A DNA stretch of 64,000 nt. Origin: Paragordius varius (lineage: Eukaryota > Animalia > Nematomorpha). How positions within the stretch are numbered: the stretch's first letter is position 1; every line of letters begins with the position of its first letter. The stretch covers positions 11,842,001 to 11,906,000 of the forward strand of contig OZ176052.1 of the NCBI GenBank assembly GCA_964247055.1. Reading direction: 5' to 3'. Below, one piece after another: positions 26,964-41,442 of this stretch. The notes below the pieces were generated by a model. It worked only from the letters and a program-made list of their open reading frames with translations. It searched no databases and had not been told where the DNA came from. A program made the translations under genes and the position numbers.

Positions 26964-29900
26964 CCTATATAGAATACTTAGTTTATATTAATTTCATAAT
27001 TTACCATATAAAATATAATTTGATGTTTCGCCTATGTATCATTTAAATTTTTGGTTTTTTTATTTTAATTTTTTGAATTTATAAAATTACTATTAGGTAT
27101 TTGATTGAATATACTTATCAAATATTAAAAAAGAGGATTGCTCTTTTCTGTAATTATAAATGGCTAAAATGGTTAATTTACATGTCATTTAACATGTATA
27201 AAATTTTTATTAGTTACATATTTCATAGATGTAGTAAATTCCCTCTTTCGCAATGAGTGTTTCTCGTTATCAATATAAAATTTTAAATTCAATTTCTAAT
27301 AATTTGAATATATATATTTTTCTATTAAAAACTGAATTCTGATTATATTTTAATTTATTTCACGGAACCATATCTTTTACAAGCCTATAATTCCAAAAAC
27401 TATGTAAATTTATTAATGTATATATTTAAAATTATTGCTAAGATATTTCATGCTGTCCTCCACAATTTTATTTATTATGTAGCGGATAAAAATGTAAAAC
27501 ATCATAGATGTTAATTGACATTTAAATTGAATGCCTTTAAAATTAAAATACTAAAAATCATGGCTCTCGTTACTTTAAACATTTTTGTATCCACCGCTGT
27601 CTAAAATTTGGATATTTACCAATATGTCTAAAAAGAAATCACAAAATTTGATGAGATAACACAAATAAATGATTAAACTATTTTTTTTAGCGATTTACAA
27701 AATAATTTTAGAGACAGAAAGTTTGAGAGAGAAATTTTCCGAATTTTATATTTTTTAAAATATGCCCTTTAAAATGTTTTAAATTTGGTCCAATATCAGA
27801 TTTTTTTAAATAAAATTAAGGTTGAATTGCTTTGGGATATAAAACTTGACAAATAATTTTTAAATTTTTAATTTATTTAACATACAAATTGCCACTACAA
27901 AACTAATACTAAGAAGAGAATTAACGTTACATTCTGAGTTTATTTATAATTGTTTATTTGCTATAAAAATGATATCTACTCAAAGGTAGCTGTTATATTT
28001 TCATCTGATTTTCTTTATTCAAAATATATTTATTGATTTCTGTTGGTTTTTATTATGATCATATAATGTATATATATATATATATATATATCATTTATTT
28101 GTCACCTGGTTTATGAATATATAAAAAATTAAACTGTTTTATTTTGGAATCTTGAACGGGAATTTTAAAGTATATAAATTTATGCAAAATAGGATTTAAT
28201 AGTAGTAGATTATCAACCAACAATCCCTACGATTCTCTGTAACAGGTTTGTTTTAACACAATTAATGGGATTTGTACGGAGTGGTTAATATCCACTACTT
28301 TTAAATTCTATTGCGTAAAAATTTATATACTTAAAAAACAATATTTTTTTTGTTTTATTTTGATATAGTTTTTTACTGTATATAATATGAATGTTAAGAT
28401 TTTATAGTTAGTTTAGCTAGTAAATATTTAAAAATATTTTTTTATATGGTATCATAAAATTTAATTGTGCATCAAGTATGTTAAATAAAAACATAATTTT
28501 TTGATCCGAAACTTTAATTATATGAGTTTTGGCTATTTTATAAATTGTAAATATTTGATAAAATGTATAAATCTTAATATCACAAGTTTTGTTATTTTTT
28601 TGTCCCAAATCCTTAATTTTCACTTTTTTACAAAACATCCTATATATATAAATATATATGTAAATATCAATAATACTTTTTCCATATAATTCGATGCAAA
28701 AAAAGCATCTATCAGATTTTTGATTTAGGAAATTTTTTCATAAAATCTGGATTATATATTTTTGACGCCATTTTGGCTTTACCCCTCCTTTGGCCATAGA
28801 AACTCACCAAATCAAAAAACTGAGTCGATAGATTTTTTTTCTTCATCGAATTATATAGTAAAGTATTTGTAATATATTGGATGTTCTGTAATATACGTTA
28901 CTCCTGCTTTGGTGAAAATTATCAAAAAAGTATTTATAGGGTTTTAATTAATTTAAACCCGAAATATTGAATAAACTTTATATATAGAGCAAAAATATTA
29001 TAGTTAAAATAAAATTTAAACTTTTACCTCATTACAACAAGTTTTTGTAAATAAGTGCGTTTTTTAGCTCGAATTTGGTCATACCCTCTGAAAAAAATGT
29101 AAAATCTTCATCGATAATATTTTTCATTGTTTATAATCATCCTTATGGTTCGTAATAAGAATAAAGTTTAGTTAACCGTATATGACCTAATGTGCGATAA
29201 AAGTACAATTTTGTGATTTTAGCTGATAGCAAAAAAATTCTTACAACTTTTTTCTTGTTTTTAACCGCATTAACAATGTTTGAAGCCATCTTTAGAATAT
29301 TATTAATATTTTGGGGTTTTATTCCCTGACTATGCCAAATTCATACAGCAAATCTCCGATCTCAGTTAAATTAAAATCAGCCGTTTAAGGCGAAAGTGTT
29401 AGCACTTAAAACATATTTTTTACCTATTTCATATTTTTTCACACACAAAAATGGAGCATTTATGTAAATGTTTCAATTTTAATAGTAAGACTTCGCATTT
29501 AGATTTTATGTTTTTTGAATGATTCATGCCCCCGGGTCAAAATTAAAAGGATGCATTTAAACAAACATATGAATTCGTCAGAAACTAATGACTAATCTAT
29601 AAAAAATTGATCTTTTTATTTGAAATTCAGTCAAAATGCAGAATACATCATTATGGTCATCTATTTTAATTAATTATCATGATAGTAATAATTATTTTCT
29701 ATTACAGCTTGTACATCTAAAAATGCATGTTAATAAATAATTAAAAACGTTTAGGTTTTTTAATACATATTTCGATTACGTTCGTTGCATTTTATTTTCA
29801 TTGACCATTTCAATTTATGTGCCATGGTCATAATAATCTATTATTTTTGCTTTAAATGATCTAACTGGGATTAATTTTGATTATTGCTATACAAAAAGCA

Positions 29901-31280
29901 TTAGATTTTCGATTGAATAGATACAAAAAGAGAATATATACATATATTGGCATGGATTGAAAGAAAACCAAAAAGGCTTAAGATGTCAAAAAATATTTTA
30001 TATGCACACGTATAGAAGAATGAGGAAGGCGACACATATTACATGACATTACATAAAATTTTGAAAAAAAAAGTAGTATTTGATATTAATATAAATTATA
30101 AGGTCTGGTTTGGTATAATAACCTATTATATAGTATACAATTTCATTAGTTATTAGGTTACTCTGCAAAATATAATATTTTTTATTATATTGGTAAATAA
30201 GGAGGAAAACTAATTTATAAGATATTTTAAAGACAACCTTATTATTGTCGTTTTCATTATTATCGATTTATTAAGATGCCTCCCAAATTGTACCATTTAT
30301 AAATTTTGGTTGCTTTCGATTGACATTTTTTCTAAAAAAATAAAAATATCAATGTAATATTAATATTTTTTATTTTATGATGCCTACCCCTAACTTACAG
30401 TAAAATTGACATTATACGGACAAAAGTAAAAATATAACTTTTTAAACCAAAATTTTTCCATATAAATTATATAATCACAATTGTAAAATTTACGATTGAT
30501 ATTGTAACTGTACCTTTGCAATATTTAACAATTATTCATATTTAAAAAAAAGATTTGAAAAGTATGGGTCTTTTGAAATCTATCTTTATATTTTTGTGTT
30601 TTGTCCGTATAATTTCAATTTTAATTGTAATTTGTGAAAAAAATGGAACTAATATAATTTATGTGTCAATAATATACATATTCCCATTATTTATATGTTT
30701 TTTAATTAAGTATTTCTAATTATAACGCATAAACTTTTGAATTCGTGTGTGACATTGAGATAACTAACCAATATTTATTTGTAAAATATAGTGAATAATA
30801 ATAAATAATTTTTCATTTTGAAAATGTAGTATTTTTTTACCATAATTACTATTTTCCAATAAATATTTTTGGATGTTTAATTTTTAGGAATATAAAATAC
30901 CTAATAATATTAATACAAATTATCTATCCATATATATATTTATCGAAAAAAACATATTATTATATATATGGTGACATAGTGTACTGTATGTAATATATTG
31001 ATCAAAAATGCAAAAAAATTATTATATAAGTTAGGAAATGAAAAAGTTTTGAACAAGGCAAGGCGCCTAACTATTTCTTTGAAGGAAAAAAATTTTATAT
31101 TGACTCTATCCAATATATCACCATATCATTTTAATATCATTTTATAGTTCTCTAAAACATTTAACCAGAATAATATACAATACATAGTTCGCATTTCATT
31201 TTTTTTCTAAATAAAATTTTTTGTAAACATCCTCTTTATAAATTCCTCCCAAATTTTTATATATTCATCTCAGATAAGTT

Positions 31281-34200
31281 ATGACGGTTTATGATTTGGG
31301 AACTATAATTGATAGTCAATCCCATAATATGTCTATTCAGAAAGGATTATCTTCAACAACCATTCTTACCCTACAAAGTTTGGAAGAAAAACGTATGTTA
31401 TTATTTTGATTTTAACCCTTTAGAGTAGGGATATGACCAACACGCTGCCAAATATAAATATAGGGGCATTTATAATTATTTTATAATTTTATTAGATTTA
31501 AACACAAAACTGCGTAATAAATGACAACTATCATTTTTTAATAATTTTTATCTAGTTTGTTACCAATAGGAAAAACTTACTCAAAAAATTTGTTGAAACA
31601 TCAATTCTATTAAATTTTTTAAGCATATTATTCAAAATGGGGAAATCGTATTTATTTGGTCCTTCTCAAAATATTTTGCAGGTGCACAAAATATCTCGAA
31701 GGGCCGCATGTTGGACGCCCTTAGAGACTTTCGGGCTAAAATGCATACTGACTGTAAAATTTGCAAAGATAACCGAAAGATTTATCCCTAACAATCTCAA
31801 AGGTCCATATGACCAATTATATGGCACTTTAAAGTTTTTCCGGTTATTTTTATACGCGGTTACAATCATAATCATAAATGCAATCGGTCGAACTCAAGCT
31901 AGTGATCTCCAATTTGTTTTAAAAGATTCTGTTATTTAAGTTTAATTAAACAACATGAAAACAACTCAAATATCCGATCAAAGTAAAGTTGTAAATAAAT
32001 CATCAAGTAAAAATTAATGTTACCATTTAATATACTATATTTATATATTTATCTTATATTTTAGCAAACTTTAGCTATGTTATATTCAAAAGCTTAAATC
32101 CGAACCAGGATAGCAAAGACCACACAGGTAAAAGAAGTTTTATTAAAACTTTTTATTACTACAAAAAGTAAACTAATTTAAATGATTATATGTGAAATTT
32201 TTCATCAACTAAGTTTTCAAAATATATTAATATCAATAAAGTAATGTATTTAATTTACAAAAAAGATTTTGTCCACTCTTTAATCGGTGATGCTTTTAAC
32301 AAATTAATATCCATTTAATTGAGTAACATTTATGTTTTCATAGCATTTTAACTTTTAAAATAGCAGTCCTTTATAAACTCACAATAAATTAGCAAATGGA
32401 TAAGTATATTTCTATGAAAATATTGAAAGGCTTTCAACATGAGCGACTTTATTAACACATAATTTAAAAAAGCCATCTAATTAACTTTTCTATAATTTTA
32501 ACCATTTAAATAAATCGAAACAAGCAATCAGTAGTTTTTAACTGCAATCAAATTAATATGCTTAGTTGAGAACTTAAATGGAAAAACTAAAATATATATA
32601 TTTTATTTTTTAATTCCATTATACATTGAGCATATAATGTTGATGAGTTAGCTGTTTTGAAATTTAGGATAAATTTATTTTTTTTGTATTTGTCAAACTA
32701 TTAATTTGTAAATAAAGCAGTCCAAATTATGTTAGGACGATTAGGGTCCGATTGATGTATTATTATTTTCATTATGTTTATAAATACAAATATATACCAT
32801 TTACAACAAATTCACCCTTAATTCAAATTCAGCGTCAAACAATTTCACCCTAAAAATAATTGTTTTTCGGGCTAATAACACTAGACAACAAATTTTAACT
32901 TTTTTTTAACTGCCATTCTTGTAAATTTAAAATTTATTTCATTAAAGTACATAATTAGTATATCTGAAAAGAAAATTGGTCTTACATGGAAGAATTTTTT
33001 TATATTAGAGTTTATCGATAATTTGCCCAGATTTAACATTAAACTCGAAATTTCGAAAATTTAAAGCTTTAGATATGAAGCCATGTATTTTATATCATTC
33101 GAAAGAGCGCAAAAAACTGCATCTTTTAAATGGTAGTAAGTCATTTAAATCCATCGGTAAAAGTTATTTGGATTTAAATAGTCAAAATTTTCAATCCTTA
33201 AATAAGTCAAGAATTTTCGCAGACAAACTAATTTGAAGATCATATAAATTATTTTAATATAATTATTAGGGTTATATTAGTATTTAATTTAAAAAATGTT
33301 TGGAAAAGCTTTTGGTTTGCTTTTTTAATAAAAATTATTTTATCATAGATATTTTACCTAGTGGATACTAAAATGCATAGTTATAACTGTAAATTTATTA
33401 CATAATGGCTATAAAAGATCAAAAATACCTTAAACTTTGTTTTTATCTTTAAATCTTCGAAATTATCAGCCTTGTAAAGAAAATAAATTAATATTGATGA
33501 GATGGTAATATTTAAAAACAAAAAACTTAAAAATGGCTGTTTTCAGTGACATAAAAGCAATAAAAAATCTTTTAATCAAAAAAAACTTTCTTGTGTTATA
33601 TTTTTTGGACATTCATCTCCATCTAAACAAAGTTTGAGCTATTTTCATCCATTAGTTTTAAAAATATAATAATTAAAAAAAATGCTCTCGCTTCGCGCGT
33701 TTGTCGCTCTTTGTGTCCAATATTAACTGTCGATGTAATACATATTAGTATGCATTTTATAGAGTTTTTATTCTTTCGAATGATATATTACAAATGGGCA
33801 TTACTTGTGTATTTTCAAAGAAAAATATTTTTTAGTAAAATTTTGATAAAGAGGGCGCATAATCAAAAAAATCAAATTATACAAAATTCTTCCAACGAGT
33901 TATAATTTTTATTTCAGATTTACTGTTAAATTGATATTAAATATCAAAAAATGCAAAAAACTCGAGTGGCAGAAAAATTTGTTGTCTAGTGTAAGAATAT
34001 GAAATATATCTTTATGGTATAGCTTTTTTTCATTATTTTAATTTTTAACGAACATGATATAAAAATATAAAAATATAGGTGTTTTTTATAAAAAAAATTA
34101 TTTTATTTGTTCGAGTGTGAATTTAAATTGTTTAAGGATAAATTTGAAGTAATTGGTATATTTGCACATAAGAGAGATAAATATAAATAGGTATCAGAAA

Positions 34201-35669
34201 AACTGGTGAAAAAATGGAAAATTTAAATTTGGTCAAATATTATGCCGATTTTTTTGATTTAACGTTTATTTAATATGAATGGACAGAATTTATATAATAA
34301 ATGTTCAAATAGTATATGAGTTAATCAAATGCATAATAATTGAAACAAATAAATTGCCAACACATGCACATAGTTGCGATGAAAAGGTCGTCGAATTGCA
34401 CTTAGACCCACCTTCTTCTGTCAAATTTGATACAGATAATAGCGAAATAGATAACCCGCCATCAAAACAAAGGAAATTTACTTTGAAAGCCCTTAAATCA
34501 GGTATTCTTAAAGACAAAACTGGCCCACACAAAAAATCTACCATAAAAAGTTTGGCTTATGCTCAACTCAATTCCAACCAAAACAACAATAATAACGAAG
34601 AAAATAAGGATGATGAGGAGGAATATTGGAATAAGTCTCAAAATTATAGCAATAATAGAAATGACAATTTAATCGATTTTGATAATTTGGATGTTATTGA
34701 TTCACATTCCGGCGATGGAAGAATTTTACAAAACTATGTTCAGCCACCTTGTATGAACCAAGACCAAGATGGACACGATACTTTGAATCGAAGAAATTCA
34801 CCCGAGCAAAATTTCCAAGTTTTATTGGGCATTTTGAGGAATCGTTTAAATAGCGCTGCGAATACACCCACATATCAAACTCCAGTCCCTACATATGGAG
34901 ATCCACTTTACCCTGATGTTACAGACTTTGAACACCAACAATCAAGGACATATTCTCATTTCACATCGTCGGATGATAGAATCCCTTTAATTAAACAAAA
35001 AGGTAGGAATAGTAGAAAAAATCGGACAAACAACAAAACTTTAACGATTGAAGAAGGAAGTAATGATCCAAGTTATTATCCTTTATCATCAACTTACCGC
35101 TCAAGTAAGCCGATCAAAATGTTTGAAGGACGAGACTGTATAACTCCAACCTTGCAAATGCCACCTAGACCGACACTCAATGCGTCCCACATAAGTCTAA
35201 ATTGCATGTTACTTAATCCACCCACAATGATCAATTTATCAAGTCATCATCAAAATGATAAAAAAGGTATTAAATTTGATATTTTCCCTGTTTTATTTAT
35301 TTAATTAAAACCCTTGAATTTATTTTTAAACTATAATTTTCAATCTGGTTTTATTGCATTTTTTGTGATATCATAGTAAAAAATTTATTTTCCATGAAAA
35401 ATTTTACTGTAATTTCCAATATATTCTCTTTTCCATCAGCACTTTGAATAAAAACTTTCAATCTTTATATACTTTTTAATGCCGAGTTTTAAACATTCGT
35501 ACTGATTTTATAATTTTGTTGGGGAATAAGTATAATTAATTGGGTTTAAATCGATTTCTTTTGTATATTCATAAGGCTCCAGAAACACTCTCCCATCCCA
35601 ACCCGTAGTTACCCCACTGAATGGGATTCGCTACAAAATTCGATATTATATGATATAAAAGTTCTGTAA
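31281..35669 (+). CDS. Putative multi-exon orphan gene with a low-complexity, Asn/Pro/Ser-rich product
   Basis: Phase-1-consistent exon chain 31281-31392, 31682-~31751, ~32065-32127, 34313-35266 (the 341-aa ORF), 35576-35669 (stop). No domain recognised; the small exons are tentative. Confidence 0.45.
32793..34160. mobile_element. MITE family A copy split by the 1.1-kb CACTA-ended element
   Basis: Left end TATACCATTTACAACAAATTCACCCTT at 32793, right end AATTTGAAGTAATTGGTATA at 34160; the two halves flank the 32879-33991 insertion. Confidence 0.7.
32879..33991. mobile_element. Non-autonomous DNA transposon (1.1 kb), TIR CACTAGACAACAAATTTT, TAA TSD
   Basis: 18-bp TIRs with TAA on both sides; closely similar inverted copy at 62282-63405. 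Confidence 0.88.
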
Positions 35670-36412
35670 TTTTCAAAATGCTAGTTAAGTTCAATATTAA
35701 AATTCATATCATTTCCCTTAAAAATTTTTTTTTGATATAAATGATTGTATTTGTGAGAAATTTGACATCTATTGCTTAAATCTCATAAACATTATGAATT
35801 GTTCGATAGGTAGATTAAATTTACCGTTATATATTATTATATCTAATATTATATTTTTACCGGATTACATTACTATAAAATTTTAGTATGTTTTAAAATG
35901 CGACCAGCTGGGTTTTTGAGTAAATGCGGCACCGAAGCCATTTATGTTGGGTACTGCTGATAAAAATGCTTAAACACCATTACAACAAAATAACCGAAAA
36001 AAATTGTATCCATTTTTAAGTTAACAACAACAAAATGCGTAAATGTTTTTTTTTAATAATTTAACTTGTTTTATTTTTGGCCATTTAATCATAAGAGCTA
36101 AAACATTCATTCCATAAAAGATTTTCGGCCTAGGAAGTAATTAATAAATGGCCAATAAAAATTTTAATTAACATTGTCATATTAAAAGTTTTCCTAATAT
36201 TTTACCATAAATATAAGTATATACACATTGCTAGTTTTTCATTTTAATGGTTGCCACCATATAGCTTTTACATTGAGCAGAAATATTCTTGACTAAAAGA
36301 GAAATTACAAAATATATTTTTTATTTTCACCAGTTATAAACCATTCTGGCATATTTAAAGCAATTTATAAAAAAATAGTATTGCATTAATTGTAACATAT
36401 ACATATATAGAT

Positions 36413-37036
36413 ATGGACGGTAATCAACACACAGCCGAAATACCAAGACAAAGGCTAAAATTTGAGATTGGTGTAGGAATTACGAACGCTTTTATGATTA
36501 GTGGTTTCCACGTCCTAACTGACATGAGCTTTGATGCCCTAGAAAAAATTTGGACAAACTGGAGTGGCGCTCTACTGCTAAAATGTTTAACGCAAAAAGC
36601 TTTCAAGCTCCGGGAAATGAGTCTGTTTCGCAACAAATTAAAGTACAATGAAAATAAAAGTTTTAAAGAGGTCTTGGGCTATAAGTATAGTCACCCCCTC
36701 CCTGATAGCCCAATCAATGAATCCAAACATGAACACTTTAATTACAACATATCAGACTCTTATTTATCACATCTAAATTTGGCTGAATGCCATATCATGT
36801 TCGGGAATGAAAATTTAGCAGCCGAACCGTTTAGTAATGAGAAAAATGATTTCAAAATTGGAGAAAATCAAGATTCGTCCTTTTCTTATGTGTTTGTAGC
36901 CTACTTTGAAACATTGTTAACCAATATAGTTTCAGCATTAAACTTTTTTGAGGAATTCAAATTTAAATCGAGTAAAGGTAACATTTCACTATACAAACCA
37001 TTGGCAATCCAACAAAACAAAAATGCTCTGATATAA
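36413..37036 (+). CDS. Unassigned 207-aa ORF, possibly the terminal exon of an unknown gene
   Basis: Long stop-free frame in AT-rich DNA with coding-like composition; preceded directly by an acceptor-like ATATAG; convergent with ECHS1. No homology recognised. Confidence 0.5.
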   Translation: MDGNQHTAEIPRQRLKFEIGVGITNAFMISGFHVLTDMSFDALEKIWTNWSGALLLKCLTQKAFKLREMSLFRNKLKYNENKSFKEVLGYKYSHPLPDSPINESKHEHFNYNISDSYLSHLNLAECHIMFGNENLAAEPFSNEKNDFKIGENQDSSFSYVFVAYFETLLTNIVSALNFFEEFKFKSSKGNISLYKPLAIQQNKNALI

Positions 37037-37266
37037 ATACACACACACATATATATATATATACCTATTTCTACAATCACAATATATCATTTATATATAA
37101 TTATATTATGCGCAATAAATGATACATAAATTTACTGTCATATTTATGTTTTTCATATAAATAAAAATTATAAATTAAACAAAAATATTTTTTTGTGCAA
37201 ACAAAAACTATCACCAAAATATAGTGTTAATACTGTGGTCCCTTTTATGGAAAATGTGGGATATAA

Positions 37267-40200
37267 TTAGGAGTTTTTAAAGTCAGGATTTCTTTTCTCC
37301 AAAAAAGCTTGCATACCTTCTTTCCTGTCACCCTAATTAATAATGAATTCGAAACATTATTTGTGCAACGTTTTTGTAAATTCTTAAGAGAGAATAATTG
37401 TTAAAGCCTCAAAATATTAAGTATATTGTTAAAAAAGTCAGCAGTTTGAAATTATGTAGAAATAAAGTAAAAATGTGTAGAATATACCGTGGCAAATGTT
37501 TCATAAAATGTTTTCCTTTCAAATCGTATCCCTTCCCTCAAGCTAGTTTCATACGCTAGAGAGTTGTTAAAAAATATTAAATAAGGCAAAATATAATAGT
37601 TTGATGACATATTGGATCCAAATAAAGCTTTTATTTTAAAAATTAAACATTCAAATAATTTTAGTAAAACTAAGGATTTATAGTTTAAAAAAATACAATT
37701 ATAGATGAATAATGAAGAAAACAAAACCAATAATTTATTAACTAAATATAATTGAAATTATATTTTAAATACTTTCGCGAAAAAGTAAATGAATTGTGTA
37801 AAATACGGCAGCCGAAAATAAACAAAGCTTATAGACCTTTTATAAAACGTATACTAAATAAATTGATCATGTTTAATATTAAAAAAGTAAAAGATTATCA
37901 GGATTGATAATTAGCAAAACATAAGTTTATATTAAAAAAATTAATTGATAAAAAAAATCGAATAAATGGAAATAATGCATAAAAAGAGTTTTATAATGTA
38001 AATCAAACCTGCATTAACTGCCTCCTTAGCCATTGCAACAATTAGGGGAGAAAAGCTTGCAATCTTTTCACCCAATTTAATGGCTTCTTCGACCAAATTT
38101 TCGGGCGGAAATATTCGACTAACCAATCCTATAAAATCATAAAAATTTCCAAAGTAAATGTAAAATATACAGAAAATATTATTTTATGGTCCATTCTATC
38201 AAATTTCCACCTTTTTTATATTATAAAAAATAAAAAGAATCTACCCCAAACCCAAGTGAAAAATGCGACCAATGTAATTGCACCTTATTCTAACTTATGA
38301 TGATAAATTAACGATCGCATAAACTAGTCTTAAAATTGTTAGTTCGAAATTATAATTAGCGGTGGGCTTCAAACTATTATAACTATATAAATCATGCGTT
38401 CTCGTTAATAATACGATAATTCGTTTTATAAAATAAGAAAAACACCAATTTCATTGTTATTAAAACAAAATAATAGCTTCTAAGGCTAAAAACGCTCCAC
38501 TCTCAAAAAACATTTTTATTTAAACTTTAAATTATAAAAATTCCATTAACCAGTACAATAAATGTTGAGTCAAAAATCGTACGTAGAACAAGTTAAATAA
38601 AAAATACCAATTTCTTTGGCATGTTGAGCAGTGATAGGTTCGCCCGAAAGTACCATTTCCATAGCGATCGATTTTCCCACATAGCGTGGTAATCGTTGAG
38701 AACCACCTCCTCCTGGTGTAGTTCCCAACTTAATTTCAGGTTGACCAAATTTAGCTGTCTCTCCAGCATAAATTATGTCGCACATCATAGCAAGTTCACA
38801 ACCCCCACCTAACTAAATTAAAATATAAAATATATTACGATTGGATTAAAAGATAAATTGGAACCAAATTATTCAAAAATAATTGGAATAAGGGCAAAAT
38901 GATTGTATATACAAGGGGTAAATATAGCCGATTTAATTGCAAACCCCATCCAACGAAATTTAATTAATTCTTTTTTTTAAAATTTCAAAGCCAATAGACC
39001 CGCAGCTAAAAGCAACATAAATCAAATTGTTTAAAGTATGAATTAAAAAATTAAAATAATAGGGATGAATGATTATGTATTTAAATAGTTGTAGCTGCTA
39101 AATATGGCTTTACTTGCGAAAAAAATATTTTTTTAAAAAAATTTATTGTAAAACATTTTTAGCCTTGCCTAAACTGTATGAAAAACATGCTGTAAAGTTA
39201 CATAAAACAAGAATTTTTTTACACACAAAAAGTGGATGTTAACAATTGTTTGCATTCTACTCTAACACCTTAAGCAGGGGTGTCCAACACAAATATCTAC
39301 GCGGGCTGCACCTAAAAAATATATGGGCATTGAGTAATATTTATTTGATTTTAGACCTAAGACTGTAAAAACAACTATTTATTTTAACATTTTTGCTAGT
39401 GCATTGCATGCCAAAATTCGGAAAGTTTTATCAGATTGTTGAAGAAAATATTTTTCTTAAATTTCGTTAATTGTAATTAACTTTTGCGGACCGATATTTT
39501 AGAGGGCCGCGTAATAAAACCCTGACCAAAAGAAACAAACTTTGATGGACACATAATTTTATTATTTGATGAAATTTATCTCCAATATTTTCTTATAAAA
39601 TCACTAAAAGCATGTGGCCTTACAAAAGAAATATTCTATGGAAATATATTATTTAAAATCTATCATAAACCATTTTTTTATTTTAAAAATATGCTTGCCG
39701 GAATGTTTATAACATATAACTCATATTGAAAAAATACTGATTCAATTTATTATTTAATTTGGTATCGTACACATATAATACGATAAAAATGTCTCCTTAT
39801 ATTAATAAATATGCATACATATGAAGCTAACGGTGTATCCACCATATCCATTTTACAGTTGTTTAACTCTACCTTACTCCTCAATAATTTGTAAAATTAC
39901 TTTTTTTAACGGTTTTTAAATATTCAAAATCAAATTACTGCAAATCCATTAATTGCACCAATAATTGGCTTTCTTATGAGAGTCAATTGATCCCATTTGT
40001 CTATGAAACGATCTTTGATACAATCAACAAAGCCTCGTTCACTCATTTCTTTTATGTCGGCTCCAGCTTTACATATTAGAAAAATTAATAAAACCAGCAA
40101 AAGCTTTCTGACTTCCTGTAATTACTATAGAACCAAGTTTGTCGTTTTTGTCAGCGTGCTCACACGCATCAATTAATTCTTTGATAAGTTCATCGCAAAG

Positions 40201-40379
40201 TGAATTAAGAGCTTTAGGCCTATTCAAAGTAATAAGACAAACATTAGAATTTTTTCCACGATTTTCAACCAAAATGGTATGATAATTTAAAGAGGCTGGA
40301 TATATAATATAATTATACTCATGCGAAATATCCTCCGACTGCCTAATAAAAGAGCACTCCTCATAAAATGTGAAGCCAT
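37267..40379 (-). CDS. ECHS1: Mitochondrial short-chain enoyl-CoA hydratase (crotonase)
   Basis: Exons 40379-40319, 40295-40095, 40066-39939, 38812-38608, 38128-38009, 37555-37488, 37332-37267. Presequence [19 protein letters not shown]; motifs [71 protein letters not shown]. Confidence 0.96.
39275..39524. mobile_element. Decayed hAT-type non-autonomous element (CAGGGGTGTCCAA end) in an ECHS1 intron
   Basis: The left end matches the element at 46576-46819; related GC-rich GCGGGCC/GGGCCGC subterminal motifs also occur near 49900-50120 and 60165-60205. Right end and TSD uncertain. Confidence 0.45.
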
Positions 40380-41442
40380 CTCAAAATAGTTTACAAGATG
40401 TAATTTCAATAAATATTAAACATTTCGGATTCAAAAATATAAACGGGTTTTGAGGCTGCAAAGAAAGGCACCCTGTAAAGAAATATATAATATTATAATT
40501 ATAATACAGTAGCACATAATATTAAGTGTTACACCATCAAAAACGTATTAATCGCAAATGTCATTGCTAATTTTTTTTGTTTAATAGGTTATTATTTAAT
40601 TACCCTTTTCTTTAATTTCAAAAAGTAATTAATTAGTTATTAAATTTTTAGATTATATTTTATATGAACAATTCAGGCTTGTACATTATTTGGTTTAAAG
40701 TTTAAATAATCTTAATAATGATGCTAAAAATTTCCATTTTTATTATGGCTTTCATCGTTTTTAATGAACAAACACTATTGCTATATAAACGTAAATATTA
40801 TTTACACAGATTTTATATAAAATATTCTGATGAAATATATATATTGCTATAGCAAAATGTATCAGTTTAACGCTTCTGGTTTCGGCCCTTGCGAATAATT
40901 TAAGTTATTTACATTTTTCTGTCATTTTATTAAAAAATGGTAAAATTCGCGCACATTTAAAAAAAGATTCTAAGAATGCTATATTCCAAAAATATCCATA
41001 AAATACACCATTAATTACATAGAAAAAGTTAATATTTTTAAAAAAATGTTTATGATGTGGGCTCAAATATTTCCATATTTTTTTGATCTTTTAAATATAG
41101 TTCTCTTAAAAACGCTCAACGGGATTGCGCGATAAATATTTTTAATTTATGCTAAATTATGATAAAAATACTTTTGAAAATGCATAATTTTTTTCAAAAA
41201 CATATGGAAAAATTTTGTTCAAGAGTAATTTATCCTATTTTGACGAATGATGGAAACCGTATAAAAACTATGATATTATAAAAACATTCCCTATATAACT
41301 CGATGATACTGAACACACTTTAGAATTTTAATATATACTTTCGCTTTCAAAAATAATTTATCTTTAGTTGCCAATTTTAAAATAATATACATCAGATAAA
41401 TGATTGTTAACGCATTGCCTTTTATTAAAAGATTTACACTTT

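Noticed and set aside
28417-28689. Overlapping ORFs on both strands
   Set aside because: Low-complexity AT-rich frames (Ile/Lys/Phe/Asn) typical of chance ORFs.
33711-33905. Repeated 64-65 aa ORF (also at 62368-62565) as a conserved small gene
   Set aside because: Both lie inside copies of the same 1.1-kb transposon; TTG starts and no domain.
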